Source of the DNA: Neoconidiobolus thromboides FSU 785
Lineage: Eukaryota; Fungi; Entomophthoromycota
Assembly (NCBI GenBank): GCA_025603075.1
Contig: MU626394.1
Span: 1-55,976 of the forward strand
DNA: 55,976 nt
Reading direction: 5' to 3'
This document shows positions 24,131-35,813 of the stretch, piece by piece. The position numbers were made by a program, and so were the translations under genes. Within the stretch, counting starts at the first letter, position 1, and every line of letters starts with the position of its first letter. Under the pieces are notes generated by a model, which saw nothing but the letters and a program-made list of their open reading frames with translations, did no database searches and had not been told where the DNA came from.

Positions 24131-24474
24131 ATATATTAACTTATAAAACTAACTTTTGTAATACAGAAGCTCATGATGAAAATTCCACTCAAAAATCATA
24201 AATGTTTTGATGTTAATATGGAGCTTACTCTTGAGCACCCTTTTTATTTAAAAGCATTATCAGCTAATTGAAATTGGTTTGTTATGGCATCACCGATAAT
24301 AAGATAATCGAGTTATTAGTCTAATTTATAATCAATCAAACTGCAGTATTTTGATAATACCAATAATAAAATAATGATCCATATTTTTTCCAAACCATTC
24401 AATTAGTTTGCACAATTTCTTTGAAAAACACACATTATTTATAATTGTAAAAATTACTAAATTTTAATAAATAT

Positions 24475-24573
24475 GGGGATGTATTTTTGTGTTTAAGAAT
24501 CTTACTAACAAATTTTCCGCTTAAATAGTGCTTAAAAAATGCAAGAAATAATGAAGTCAAAAAAAATACTCCC
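24475..24573 (-). mobile_element. ~98-bp MITE-like repeat, copy 7
   Basis: Near reverse complement of 24032-24130. Flanks ATAT/ATGT. Confidence 0.85.
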
Positions 24574-24793
24574 ATGTAGTTAAGAATTTTCGTAAAATAG
24601 GTGAGCTTTTTGTCTGTCACTTGGGCATAATATACTTTATTTTAACATATTAAGTTTCCTTAGGTTTCATTTAAAATGTATGTTAGTATAGTTGCTATAG
24701 TAGGTATAAAAAGGACATGGCTGATAATTAGTTATGTTATTTGATAATAAAAGCTCTAGGGTAGTTTTTATTAGCTTTATTAACAACAGATAT

Positions 24794-24891
24794 GATGAGA
24801 TACTTTTTGTCAAGAATTTTACTAACAATCTTTCCACTCAAGTAGTACTTGAAAGATAGAAAAAGTGATAAAATCAGAGAAAAACATCCTC
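24794..24891 (-). mobile_element. ~98-bp MITE-like repeat, copy 8 (degenerate)
   Basis: AAGAATTTTACTAACAATCTTTCCACTCAAGTAGTACTTGAAAGATAGAAAAAGTGAT...CATCCTC. Flanks ATAT/ATAT. Confidence 0.7.
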
Positions 24892-25003
24892 ATATAAAGC
24901 TTTCATTTGGTTTGTAAAATCAGAATTAAAAATAATTTTTTAATGTTTTTAAAATTTTTATTTAAATAAACTTAAAACTGTTTAATTTTTATAGTCAATA
25001 TAT

Positions 25004-25099
25004 AAGGATGTATTTTTGTGTTTAAGAATTTTACTAGCAATTTTTTCACCTAAATAGTACTTAAAAGGTGGAAAAAGTGATGAAGCTAAAAACACCCCC
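25004..25099 (-). mobile_element. ~98-bp MITE-like repeat, copy 9
   Basis: AGGATGTATTTTTGTGTTTAAGAATTTTACTAGCAATTTTTTCACCTAAATAGTACTTAAAAGG...ACACCCCC. Confidence 0.75.
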
Positions 25100-25476
25100 G
25101 TATATTTTTTCAACATTCTATTGGGTTTTGCATATATAACTACTATTAAAATTTAGCTAAATTAAATTGATTTTTTAATAAATTATTAAAATTGAAAAAA
25201 CAATAGTTGACTTTTTATTTTTTTGTCATAATTTTTAAGTACCTCTACAGCCTATAGATCATTTGCTTGTATTTTATCAATCTGTAATAAAATGATTAGA
25301 TAGATAAATTGTCTATACTAACTGAGACTATTAGTTTTAAAAAACAACCTCCTATCTATTATTAATTAAATATAAGTTATTATTCTTATCAATTTTTTTA
25401 TAAAGGTAAACTAAAGCCTTTAAAATAATTTAAATTTAACATCAACTTTTATTACATTCTGAAAGATTAAAGATCA

Positions 25477-26930
25477 TTACTTAAGTAATAGTTTTGAAAG
25501 TGAGTCCACTTCCGTATTTACATAAATTTTAGAAGATTGTTCAAATCCGTTACTAAAAAAATAGATTAATATCAATAGATACAAATAAGAAATAAAATAT
25601 TTACAATTCTAAACTAAAAGAAGTAGAATAAGCTCCCATATGTTCAAAATAGAACCAATCGCCGACTTCTAATTCGGGTAACCTTAAATCGGCTTCCGTA
25701 TTGATTTTATCAATTGCAGCACATGATGGTCCCCATAAAGTACAATGATGTAAGCTTTCAAAATCACCCACTTTGCTTTTTTTATTAAATAAAATGGGTA
25801 CTGGGTGATATCTTGTTTCAGCTATGTATCCACCTTGAGCAAATGATTTAAAAATACCCTCATTTAAATAATCTAAGATTTGAAGTTAATATCAATTAAG
25901 TAAAATTAATCTAAGCATAAAACTTACACATAATAGACTTTTCATTATTTTCCGTATAGCAGTATCTTTTACCAATAATTGTAGTAGCTAATGTATAAAA
26001 AGAAGCAACAAAAAAACGTCCGGGTTCAGCAATATAAGTTAAATTGGTATCACTAAAGTACTCTTCTAAACATTGATTGATCACTTTAGCAATTTCGATA
26101 AACTCAACCTCATTTTTAACACCAGGGAAACCACCACCAATATCTAATATTTTTAGATCAATACCAAGTGCCTTTGCTTGATCATAAGCATTTCTAGCTC
26201 TTCTAAGAGTCTCTTTATAACCTTCTGGATTTAAACAGTCACTACCAACATGAAAACTTAAACCAACGATATTTAATCTAAGATCTTTAGCAACTTTAAA
26301 GAGATGGCCGCTAGTTGCTAACTCAGCCCCAAATTTAGTACCAAAAGGTACTTTAGAATGACAATCTAAGGGTAGTATTCTTAATAATAATTCAGCCTCT
26401 GGATAATATTTATGAATTTTAATTAATTCATCTACATTGTCAAAGGTCATCTTTGCAACTTGATGGCTTTTTGCATGCTTTAAATGACTGATTTGTTTGA
26501 TTGGATTAGCATAAATAATTCGATTAGAAGAGATACCATAATTTTTCATAGTTTCAATTTCTTTCTTACTTGCACAATCAAAACTAAGTCCTAGATCTAC
26601 CATCAATTGAAGTACCATCGGATCTGGGTTACATTTTACAGCGTAAAAGGGGATTATATTAGGTAAATGTTGATGCCAGAGTTGAATGGTTCGATAGATA
26701 GCACCTAAGTCACCAACTAAGAAAGAATCATCTTCATCTTCATTTAATACTTTATATTTGATTAATTCAATTGGAGTTACATTAGGTAAATTTGATATAT
26801 TTGTTTCTAGCTTAGCAGCTTTAGTGGAGTCTACAGTTGGTGTAAAGGTAACTTTTGAAGGAGTTGAAACAGTGTTAAAAGTATATTTATTATCTAACAT
26901 TGAAGGAGTTGCTGTAAAATCTTTAGTCAT
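25477..26930 (-). CDS. Ornithine-decarboxylase-fold (group IV) PLP decarboxylase with atypical substrate pocket, 3 exons
   Basis: PFYAVKCNP, FDCAS, FHVGS, DIGGGF, EPGRFF. Spliced C-terminal exons give YYLNEGIFKSF...WGPSCAAID...GDWFYFEHMGAY...FNGF. Confidence 0.92.
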
Positions 26931-29011
26931 TTTTAATATTTATTTTAAAATACTTAATTTATTTCATATCTTTTTATATACTATTTGACGCCATAATAGA
27001 CCCTTAAAAGCAAGTATATTATATCCAAGTATCTATTGGACTCTTTGCTAAAATTGTATATTATAATAAGAAAGTCGCCTTTAATTTAAAATTATTATTT
27101 ATTCATAGTAGTTTTTGGTGAAAATTTATTGTGTCATACTTAAATTACCAAAGTGATAAAAAAATTAATTTTGAGTTAAGCTAATTTGATTCATGGAAAT
27201 TAAATTAGACTTTTATCAGCCATGTATCAAGTATCTCAACAATAGCTAATATGTAATAAAATGGCACTCTAATTGATATGTTGAGTTACAATTAATTTTA
27301 AATGACTTGTTTACATTATAAAGCTTTCTATGCTTTTAAAAATCGACTTTATAATTATAATTTAGATTTATCTCTTTAACATTTAATATTGAACTATTAC
27401 TACTTACTACCATTTTCATAGTTATTTTCTAAAAGGGGTGCATTGTATAAACAACCACAGTATATTATCTTAAATAATTGAAATACTTTTTTTTTTTTTT
27501 AAAAATATATAAGGTGAAATGATATACCGCATATAGCAACTGTTCAATTTAATAATAGTTAAAATTAGTTAAACCTCCCATTGCTCATTACTTTATAATT
27601 TCAATTTATCTAACATATTCTTAAAGATATTATTTCTTACAAATCATGTTTTTGATCCTTTTTTTAAAAATAAAAACAGTTTGTGGTTGCAATAGTAATT
27701 TCTGATTTAGCTATCATTTTTTCCTATAGGAGTTTGTCTTATTGCTATAAACAAATCCCTATTGTAATATTCTATTTTCATCATTTTATTACAAAATAAT
27801 ATACAAGAGTATTTTAAAAATTCTAATTTTTCATCTTAAAAAAACATAGTTAAACTACTAGTTTTGTTAATTTTTAATTTTTTTTTAACCCTGAAGTAAA
27901 AATTATCCTCGAGATATCTAGTTCTTCATTCCAACTTTAGAACAAAGTAGCACAAACGACATAGAATAAAGAGGATAACAAGTCCTACAATAAACCTGCT
28001 TTTCAATTAAAACGCAAAATTAAAACATTAAATATAACGTTATATCTCGATCGAATTATTTCATTATGAAGAAATAAAATTGTTACTGTAGAAATTGAAT
28101 AGTTAGATACCAAATATAGTAAAATAAAAAATTGGGGCAAGAAAGAGACAACTTGTTAAAATAAAAAGAGCAATAAGAGGTGGTTATAATAGATAGGAGT
28201 AAAGCCGTTAATGCATGTTTTTAAGATAATCAAAAGATGCCTTTTTTTAGATGACAATAATATTTATAAATAACCAATTTTATAATAATAAAGCTTAGGC
28301 TAATATCGATATTAATATAATAAGTTATTTTATTATTTAATTTTATTAAATTATCTATGCTATAGACCTTATTATAGAAATTTTTTATTATAACACGAAT
28401 ACTACTGTCAACCATCCGTAATATTACCACTTAAATAAAAAAATCTACAATATTTATTCAATTATCAATTCTAATATTTCAGCTACAATAAAGATTTTAA
28501 TATTGTCAAAGCAAAATAAAAATGGGGTAAAAGTAGTTGAATAATCTCAACTATTAAAAAGTTATTAAAAATAGTAAGGATTTCAATTATAACTCAATAA
28601 GGGATGTTTTTTATTAAAAGGTTTATGTGACCCATGTCGCATTGTTTTTTTAAATTTTGTGCTATCAAAAAACGAATAAAACGAAAATCAACACCATGCC
28701 TATGAGTTCATATCATGTATATTGTTATAATTCAATTATAAATAAAATGAAATAATAAATAAACGATCAATGAGAAAATATAGAAAAAGTGAACAAACAT
28801 CCTATAAGGCAAGATCATTAAGTAAAACTTAAATTTGATTAAATAAGTTGATTTAATATAAATAAAAAGAAAACACTCTGTGAGAGATACGAAGTCATCT
28901 ATTTTGCTCAAGAATTTGATTAATAAATTATTCAACTTCATTGTATAAAAAAAGAGACAAATAAATGAAACAAAAATCATATTCCCATATATATAAAAGC
29001 TGATAAAAGGA

Positions 29012-29994
29012 TTAACTTTTCAGCGTATGGATGAAAAAATTGGGAAACAAGAACTTCTTTAATAAAATTTTGCGTATTGATATTAATAAAAAGTTCTCTA
29101 CTTGATCTACATTTTTTAAACAATGCTTCTTTTTTTCTCCCAGTTCGGAATTGATTCTTAATTCTTTGAAGATTCTATCAAAATATTAATATTAATTGCT
29201 AACTTTCAATATAATAAATGACTTACTCTTCTTCATCACTTTCAGCTATCAAACTAATTTTAATTTGACTTTGTAAATAAGCAATTAAAAAGATAGCTAA
29301 AAAAGCATGTAAATAAATAAAACTCATAAATTGTTCAAATAAACCTACCATTTAATTTAAATCCCGTAATGGTAACGTTGACAGGTAATTGAGCAAATTC
29401 AGACATAGGAAAATTGATCAGTAAACTAGTTTGGATAGAACATTGCATATCACCATCATAATTCAATTTAATTTTAAACTGAATTTCATTTATATCATTT
29501 TTACCATTATTTAAATTACTCCCTTGATTATATTGATTCAATACTGGTTGATGAAAATAATGATGACCAAAATTATGATTTCTATCAAATTGAATTTCAG
29601 GTTGTTGATATTCTTCTAAATCCGAATCCACATCATCTTCCAATAATATTTTATTTTCATCCTTAATCTTCGTCAATGTTGTATATAAATTCTTCGCATC
29701 AATACCATAATTAAACTCAGTGATTGATTTTCCATCCTCTAATAATTCATTATAGTCAACTACATTATTAGAATCATATGTTTGTGTGTTATCATTATAA
29801 AAATTTGGATCTACATCCATGATATCAATGATTTCCACTTTGGGGGCTAACTTGCCAAATTGAAATTGAGTTACATTGATATCTCCAATAAAATTCGGTT
29901 TATCTTTAAGTTTTGATAAGGCATCATTGAGTTCTTGTTTCACTTTATCTTCTATTTCTGAATTCAAATTTTCCCAATAAATTTCTATAGACAT
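29012..29994 (-). CDS. MDM12: ERMES SMP-domain protein Mdm12, 3 exons
   Basis: MSIEIYW...PNFIGDINVTQFQFGKLAPKVEIIDI, LLINFPMSEFAQLPV. Last exon SELGEKKKHCLKNVDQVENF...FPNF. Confidence 0.9.
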
Positions 29995-30161
29995 TTTGTT
30001 GGTAAAAGAGTTAAATGCTAAATTTTTAGTGAATTTTTAAGACTTTGTATAATATGTAACCAATTAACTCTAACTTTAACTAGAACCAATGAATTTCAAT
30101 GACATTTCGTCAAATTTGTTCTGTTTAATTTAAGTGCTTTTTGAAACTAAAATTAAAAATA

Positions 30162-31184
30162 ATGCTATTAAGAAACTATTTATTTAAAGTTGAAGGATCG
30201 GTGTTATTAGCTATTTTACCTCAAGTAACCATAGCTACCTTATACTCCGTATTGATTTATTATATTCATACTTATTATCATAATATAAGTTTAAAATCTA
30301 ATATAAGTAAGTTTATTATAATAATTTAGTTTTATAATGAATATTAGTTTCAACTTTTAGTTCCAAGTTTAGCCACCGTAGTAGGTTTATTGTTAGTGTT
30401 TAAAACGAACTCAAGTTATGATCGATATTATGAGGGGCGAAAATTATGGTCATCTTTGAAAACAAATACACGTAATTTAGGACGCTATCTTTGTATATTT
30501 TTAGGTAAAAATGAAGCTAAAGATATTTATACAGCTTTAAATTTGATTACTGCTTATTGCTATTCTATCCGTCAATTGTTGGGTAATGACTTTCAATGTA
30601 TTACTAAAAGTGATCCCATCTTAACCCCTTTATTACCAAATGATATTTTATTAGTTGATGATGAGATCAATAATTTTAATTTTGAACATAACTTTGATAA
30701 TATGGATTTAATGAATCAACATGATTTATCCAATAGTGATTACTATCCAATTAATTTACCCAATTTGATTTTATTGAAGATCAATGAAATCTTAGAGAAA
30801 CAGAAAAAAGCAAACAAAATTGATGGGCAATGTAATACCATGGTAAGTACCACTTTAACTAACATGACCAATATATATAGTGATATGCAACGAATTGCTA
30901 AGACGCCATTACCAATAGCTTATAAATTACACTTAGTTCAAACTCAATGGTTTTATTTATTATTTTTACCATTAACTTTATTAAATGATAAATCAAACAT
31001 GTGGGTCATCTTTGTTCAATTTGTAGTCGCTTTTACTTTCTTTGGGATTAATGCTATTGGTGATGAAATTGAAAATCCTTTCGGCTATGACTTTAATGAC
31101 CTTCCATTAAATTCGATTTGTAAGGAAATTCATAATGAATTATGTCATTATTTTATGGTAGTTAAAAAAGCAACCGTTTATTAA
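30162..31184 (+). CDS. Bestrophin-like (UPF0187/YneE-type) channel, 2 exons
   Basis: VGLLLVFKTNSSYDRYYEGRKLW, RIAKTPLPIAY, IGDEIENPFGYDFNDLPL. ATG at 30162, one intron. Confidence 0.92.
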
Positions 31185-31317
31185 TTGGAATAAATAATTG
31201 AGTAGTAGTTTTATTGTTTTTGTTTAGCTGTAGATGTTTCTTTCAATTTTTATATTTAGGCGGAGCAATTTTATATTTTAATTAGAACAACTTTAGTTAA
31301 ACAAAACAAGTAGGTTT

Positions 31318-31498
31318 AAAATTAAAAGTAGAACAGCTTGCAGTTAGATATCTTTTGTATTTTTTAACTTGGGGGTATTTTTTTAAATATGAAGTTAAGG
31401 GGTATATTTCCTTTCAAAGCTTTAATTTAATATTAAAATAATTTGACTCCAAATTAAAAATAATGAAAAACATCTAACTGCAAGCTACTTTAGTTTTT
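31318..31498. repeat. Foldback / long imperfect inverted repeat
   Basis: Perfect 15-bp arms AGCTTGCAGTTAGAT (31335-31349) / ATCTAACTGCAAGCT (31472-31486), extending imperfectly to ~55-60 bp arms. Confidence 0.75.
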
Positions 31499-31653
31499 CT
31501 GTTTCAATAAATTATAGATGAAACTGATAAGGTGATAAGCCAGAGTTTGTTTAATATTTAAAATTTTTTTTTTAGTATAATTCACTTTATACATCAGTCG
31601 AATTGGGTTGTTTCTATACTAAAACTGCTATTGTCTTTAAATAAGCTATAAGC

Positions 31654-31683
31654 AAAAAGAAGTAAAAAGAAGTAAAAAGAAGT
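31654..31683. repeat. Tandem repeat (AAAAAGAAGT)x3
   Basis: Read directly. Confidence 0.8.
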
Positions 31684-33571
31684 AGACGGAGATAATTCAC
31701 TAGTTAACAAAATGCCAAATATTAGAAGGGATTAAGCATTAAACATCATATTATGTCCAAATAATATAAATCAATTTTTAATGTATTTATTTTTAATCAG
31801 TATTTCAATCTTTAGTCATTGAATTAACCAAACTGCTATCATACAATACATGTTTTATTAACCCAACAGTCTCCACTGGTTAAATTTTGTATCAGAAATA
31901 GAGTAGTTTATTTTCATAAAGTCCTTATTACAAATTAATCTTATCTATACATTTTAGCTTTGTGCTTTACTTTTAAATACTTTTTATTTATTATGAGCAA
32001 ATGATTATTTGTTGATAAACTGCCAAAAACACCCTACTACCATATATTGTAAGCTTGTTTTCTTCTTTAAATAAAAGTACTGCACCAATATCGATATTTG
32101 AGTAAAATTAAGCTATAAACTGTTATTGTATTAATCCTTTTATTTAGCAACTCATATTTACTTAATATCATGGCTTAAACACAGCTTATGAAAATCAGCT
32201 CTATTGGCAGATATGCAGTCATTTTCTAAAGCAATAATAGATAATAATAAAAAATTATTTATATAATCATTTATTATAAATTACTATTGATAGAAATAAA
32301 ACTATTATTTGAACGAGGTTTGCCTTAATACTGATAGATTAAATTAAAAAAGAAAAGTATTTTATAAAACCAAACTAAAAAATCAACTGTGATGAAAAAA
32401 GGTTTATCATATTTGTAGACAACCCGACCCTATTTACGTAATATTCTAATATTATAAAGCAAAAAAAATTCGATACCGTCATTACTTTATAATTTCGATC
32501 GTAGGGTATAGCTAAATAACGGAAGTCATTGCTCTCTATATTAAAGTAAGGAACATATAATTTCACACCCAAAGATTAAAATCAACCCTCATATCAGGTG
32601 ATTGAGCGATTAATGATTATTTTATGAACGTTTCATGCAGAGCCACAATCACAATCATCCCTGTTTTTTTTGCCTTTATGCTGTGAAAATAGCTCGCAAT
32701 CTGCACTTGAGACTTAAACACTATGTAAAATCATGATTAAAGTTTTACAATTAGAAAGGCCAACTATTTATATAAATTGAACTAATATATACCTATTTTA
32801 GCTCTTGGTGCTAGACCTTAAATTAAAAAAGCAGTGAGCTCAATTAAGAAGTGAAGGTGTGCCGATATGCTTTTTTTGTTGGAATAGTTTAGTATTTTTA
32901 ACTACAACTTTAGACAATACAAATCTCTACTTGAAATTTAAAACCTTAATTAAAAAAATAATAGTAGCCTAACTGAATTTACTTTTTTATAAGGTAATTT
33001 CTAAAGTAATCTCTTAAGGGAACAAATAATAAAAGGTCATTAATTTCAACGGCAAATGTTTTTTATGCATAAAAATAATATTTTGATGTAAACTCAACTG
33101 TAGCAATTTTATTGTTGCTATGGTAAATTTGGTCAAAATGGAGATTGCTTTAGAATTCTTTTAAATGTGCTACTAATATATTTTGTACTAAGCATTTAGT
33201 TAAAAATTAAGCCATTTCAATGAATTAAATTATGCAAGGAAATTGGCACTAAGTGTGGGGGACATTAAATTAACATTTATTAGTAATAAGGCCATTAATA
33301 TATTATATTGGAAAATAATATTATTTTGATGTGAAGTCTAATGACAGACATGCTTTTTATTTAATAAACATATAATAGTTTATACGTTCTTAAGCTTTCT
33401 TAAAGTTAAAATATTCTAGGTTCATAAATTTAAAATTTAAAATTTAATGTTAAAAATTTAATGTTTTATTTAGGGGGGTAATAATGTAAGAGTATTAAAT
33501 AAAAAATGTATATAAAAAACACACAAATCGATAGTTGCTAATTTTTTAATTTAATTTAATTTAATTTTATA

Positions 33572-34582
33572 ATGTCTGATGCTGCATTTGAAATTTTTTG
33601 GGAGCAATTTTTTGCTTCCGTAGCCTTAGTATTGTGGTCCGTTCAATTGCTACCCCAGAGTATTTTTATTATTGCTACATGATATACAACGATGACTAAT
33701 ATTTTTTTAGTATATAAAAACTACAAAAGGGAAAACACAAAGGAGTTATCACCGCACACCTTCCTAATATGGTGTGTATCAAATGTATTAGTATCTAGTA
33801 ACAGCATCATCAATAACGCAAGTATATTAATCATCATTCAACCTCATTTATTTAACTTTTTATCTATGATCTGTTATATACAATGTTATTACTACAATAA
33901 ACTAGCAGAAAAAGACACTACCAATAAGGAATCAAAGGATAGCAAATTGAAACACAAACTCACGACATTACTTTACTTTGTAATACTATTCTTAATCTTT
34001 GGCGCCATTGAATTTTTTATATTGCTAATATTCTTTCACTACAACCTAAATCAACATCTCTGGTTGCATTATATGTTTGGCTCCTTAGGACCAATTATTG
34101 TCATTTTGGGTTTTATACCACAGTACATTCATATATTAAAAAATAAGAATGCTACAGGGATTTCTTTGTTATTTATCTATTTGGACCTAATCGGGGGTAT
34201 AAGTGCGCTTATCTCTTTATCGTATCATCAAGAATTTCAGTTTACTGTAGCATTGACTTATATTGGGGTAATGTGTAGTGAGGTTGGATTATTAATCTTT
34301 AAATTTTATTATGACTTTGATAAGTTTAAGTTGGATTTATTGTATTTCAGATCAAAATGGGAAAGTTTGTTTGATAAAAATAAATTAAATAAGCATGGGA
34401 ATAGTAGTAAGAATAGTTTATTAGCTACAAATGCGAGTATATCTACCATCACTACAAACCTTGGGGAAAACGAACCAAGCTCCATCGTATTACCTATCTA
34501 TTTGGGCTCGACTCATACGCTATCAAATGATTCCAATTCCAATTTTAAAGATTCTATAATATTAACAATGGATTCTAATTAA
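33572..34582 (+). CDS. PQ-loop repeat membrane transporter, 2 exons
   Basis: LWSVQLLPQ|IYKNYKRENTKELS and LGFIPQYIHILKNKNATGIS (two PQ loops). Confidence 0.9.
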
Positions 34583-34684
34583 TCTAATAAAAATAATTTA
34601 ATTGGCTAAAGAAATATTTTAATCCTATTTTAAAAACAATAATCATGACGTTTTCTTTCATTTCTTGTCCTTTTTTAAAACAAA

Positions 34685-35716
34685 ATGGAAAGTTACGATT
34701 TATCAAACGATTCCCAAAACAATCGATTCTCTATGGATGACGATATCCTGGGTAGCAATCATCCCGTCGAAGACAAATTAGACTTTATAGGCTTAGATCA
34801 AGCCATTATTAATGAGGACGAGGTTGAAGAAGTTGATGGAAGAGGTATAGAAGAGAGTGTGGAAATTGTAACCCGAGGCGAAAAGCAATATGAAAAAAGA
34901 AAGATCAGAATGTACAGTGGGTTATATCCCTTCTATGGCATCTATTACACTTTAAGATATCCTTGGGTCATTCTACCAGCGATCATCAACCCTTTATTAA
35001 AGGCTGGGATCACGATTGGTCTTTCGTATACATTGATGAAGAATAGTCGCTTCATAAGGATGAAATTATTTGAGATCCTTGGGGACAAAGAAGAGCTTAG
35101 ATGGGTGTTAGGTGCATTATTATATGTATTAAAGAAAGGGTGGCTTAAATATTATTTTATTGATGTTGTGTTTAAGTATTTTAATAAAGACTTGCTGTTG
35201 GAAGTCCATAGCCAAATAGTAAATAATCAAGACACTATTCATTTATTAAAAGAGGTTAAAGATGATGAAAAGAAAGTGAATCATTTAAGCTACAATTTAG
35301 TTTCTGTTAAGGAAGGTGAGCTACCCAAGTTAAATTATGTCAATAACCCATTATTAAAGGGTATTTTCCATACCATTTATTATTTCATACCAAGCTCGTC
35401 AATTAAGTCCATGTTTTTCAATGGCTTAATCTCACCTGGTTTGTTTTACTTCTTATCTCCACCTACTGCTATCCTTGGCTATTCAATCTTTAACTCAAAA
35501 ATTAGAGGTTTTCAATTGACCCGTAGTTATTCAAGAAGTTTAAATGAGCCCATCACCTGGCATAAAAAGAACCAGTTTCATTTGTCGTTTTTAGGATTTA
35601 CTGCCAACTTATTAGAATTTATTCCATTCATTGGACCCTTCTTTAACTTTACTAATACTGTAGGTACAGCACTCTGGCTTGCTACCTTTCATAGAAATAA
35701 GCAGGTTTTATATTGA
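34685..35716 (+). CDS. EI24/Lds-RRT8-like membrane protein
   Basis: LYPFYGIYYTLRYP near the N-terminal TM region. C-terminal FLGFTANLLEFIPFIGPFFNFTNTVGTALW is typical of the family. Confidence 0.65.
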   Translation: MESYDLSNDSQNNRFSMDDDILGSNHPVEDKLDFIGLDQAIINEDEVEEVDGRGIEESVEIVTRGEKQYEKRKIRMYSGLYPFYGIYYTLRYPWVILPAIINPLLKAGITIGLSYTLMKNSRFIRMKLFEILGDKEELRWVLGALLYVLKKGWLKYYFIDVVFKYFNKDLLLEVHSQIVNNQDTIHLLKEVKDDEKKVNHLSYNLVSVKEGELPKLNYVNNPLLKGIFHTIYYFIPSSSIKSMFFNGLISPGLFYFLSPPTAILGYSIFNSKIRGFQLTRSYSRSLNEPITWHKKNQFHLSFLGFTANLLEFIPFIGPFFNFTNTVGTALWLATFHRNKQVLY

Positions 35717-35813
35717 ATAAAAATTAACCAATTGTATTTAACTATTTTTCCTAAAAATTGCATCATTCTTAAGCTAAAAATTTTAATTTTTACTTCTCAT
35801 TCTAACTAGTCAA

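Noticed and set aside
24165-24240. ATGGAGCTTACTC resembles the RNase MRP/P 3' conserved motif; ATGATGA resembles a box C
   Set aside because: The possible 5' P4 partner is only ~45 nt away (too short for MRP), there is no proper CTGA box D, and it sits between two MITE arms.
24435-24620. Short ORFs at 24435-24620 and 37018-37212 with similar translations (FKHYLS.K.V.K)
   Set aside because: The similarity comes from the MITE sequence they overlap, not a protein family.
27900-28980. Hydrophobic reading-frame fragments on the minus strand suggesting a decayed membrane or GPCR gene
   Set aside because: Many stops, no diagnostic motif, and AT-rich DNA yields hydrophobic translations by default. 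Cannot be supported without a search.
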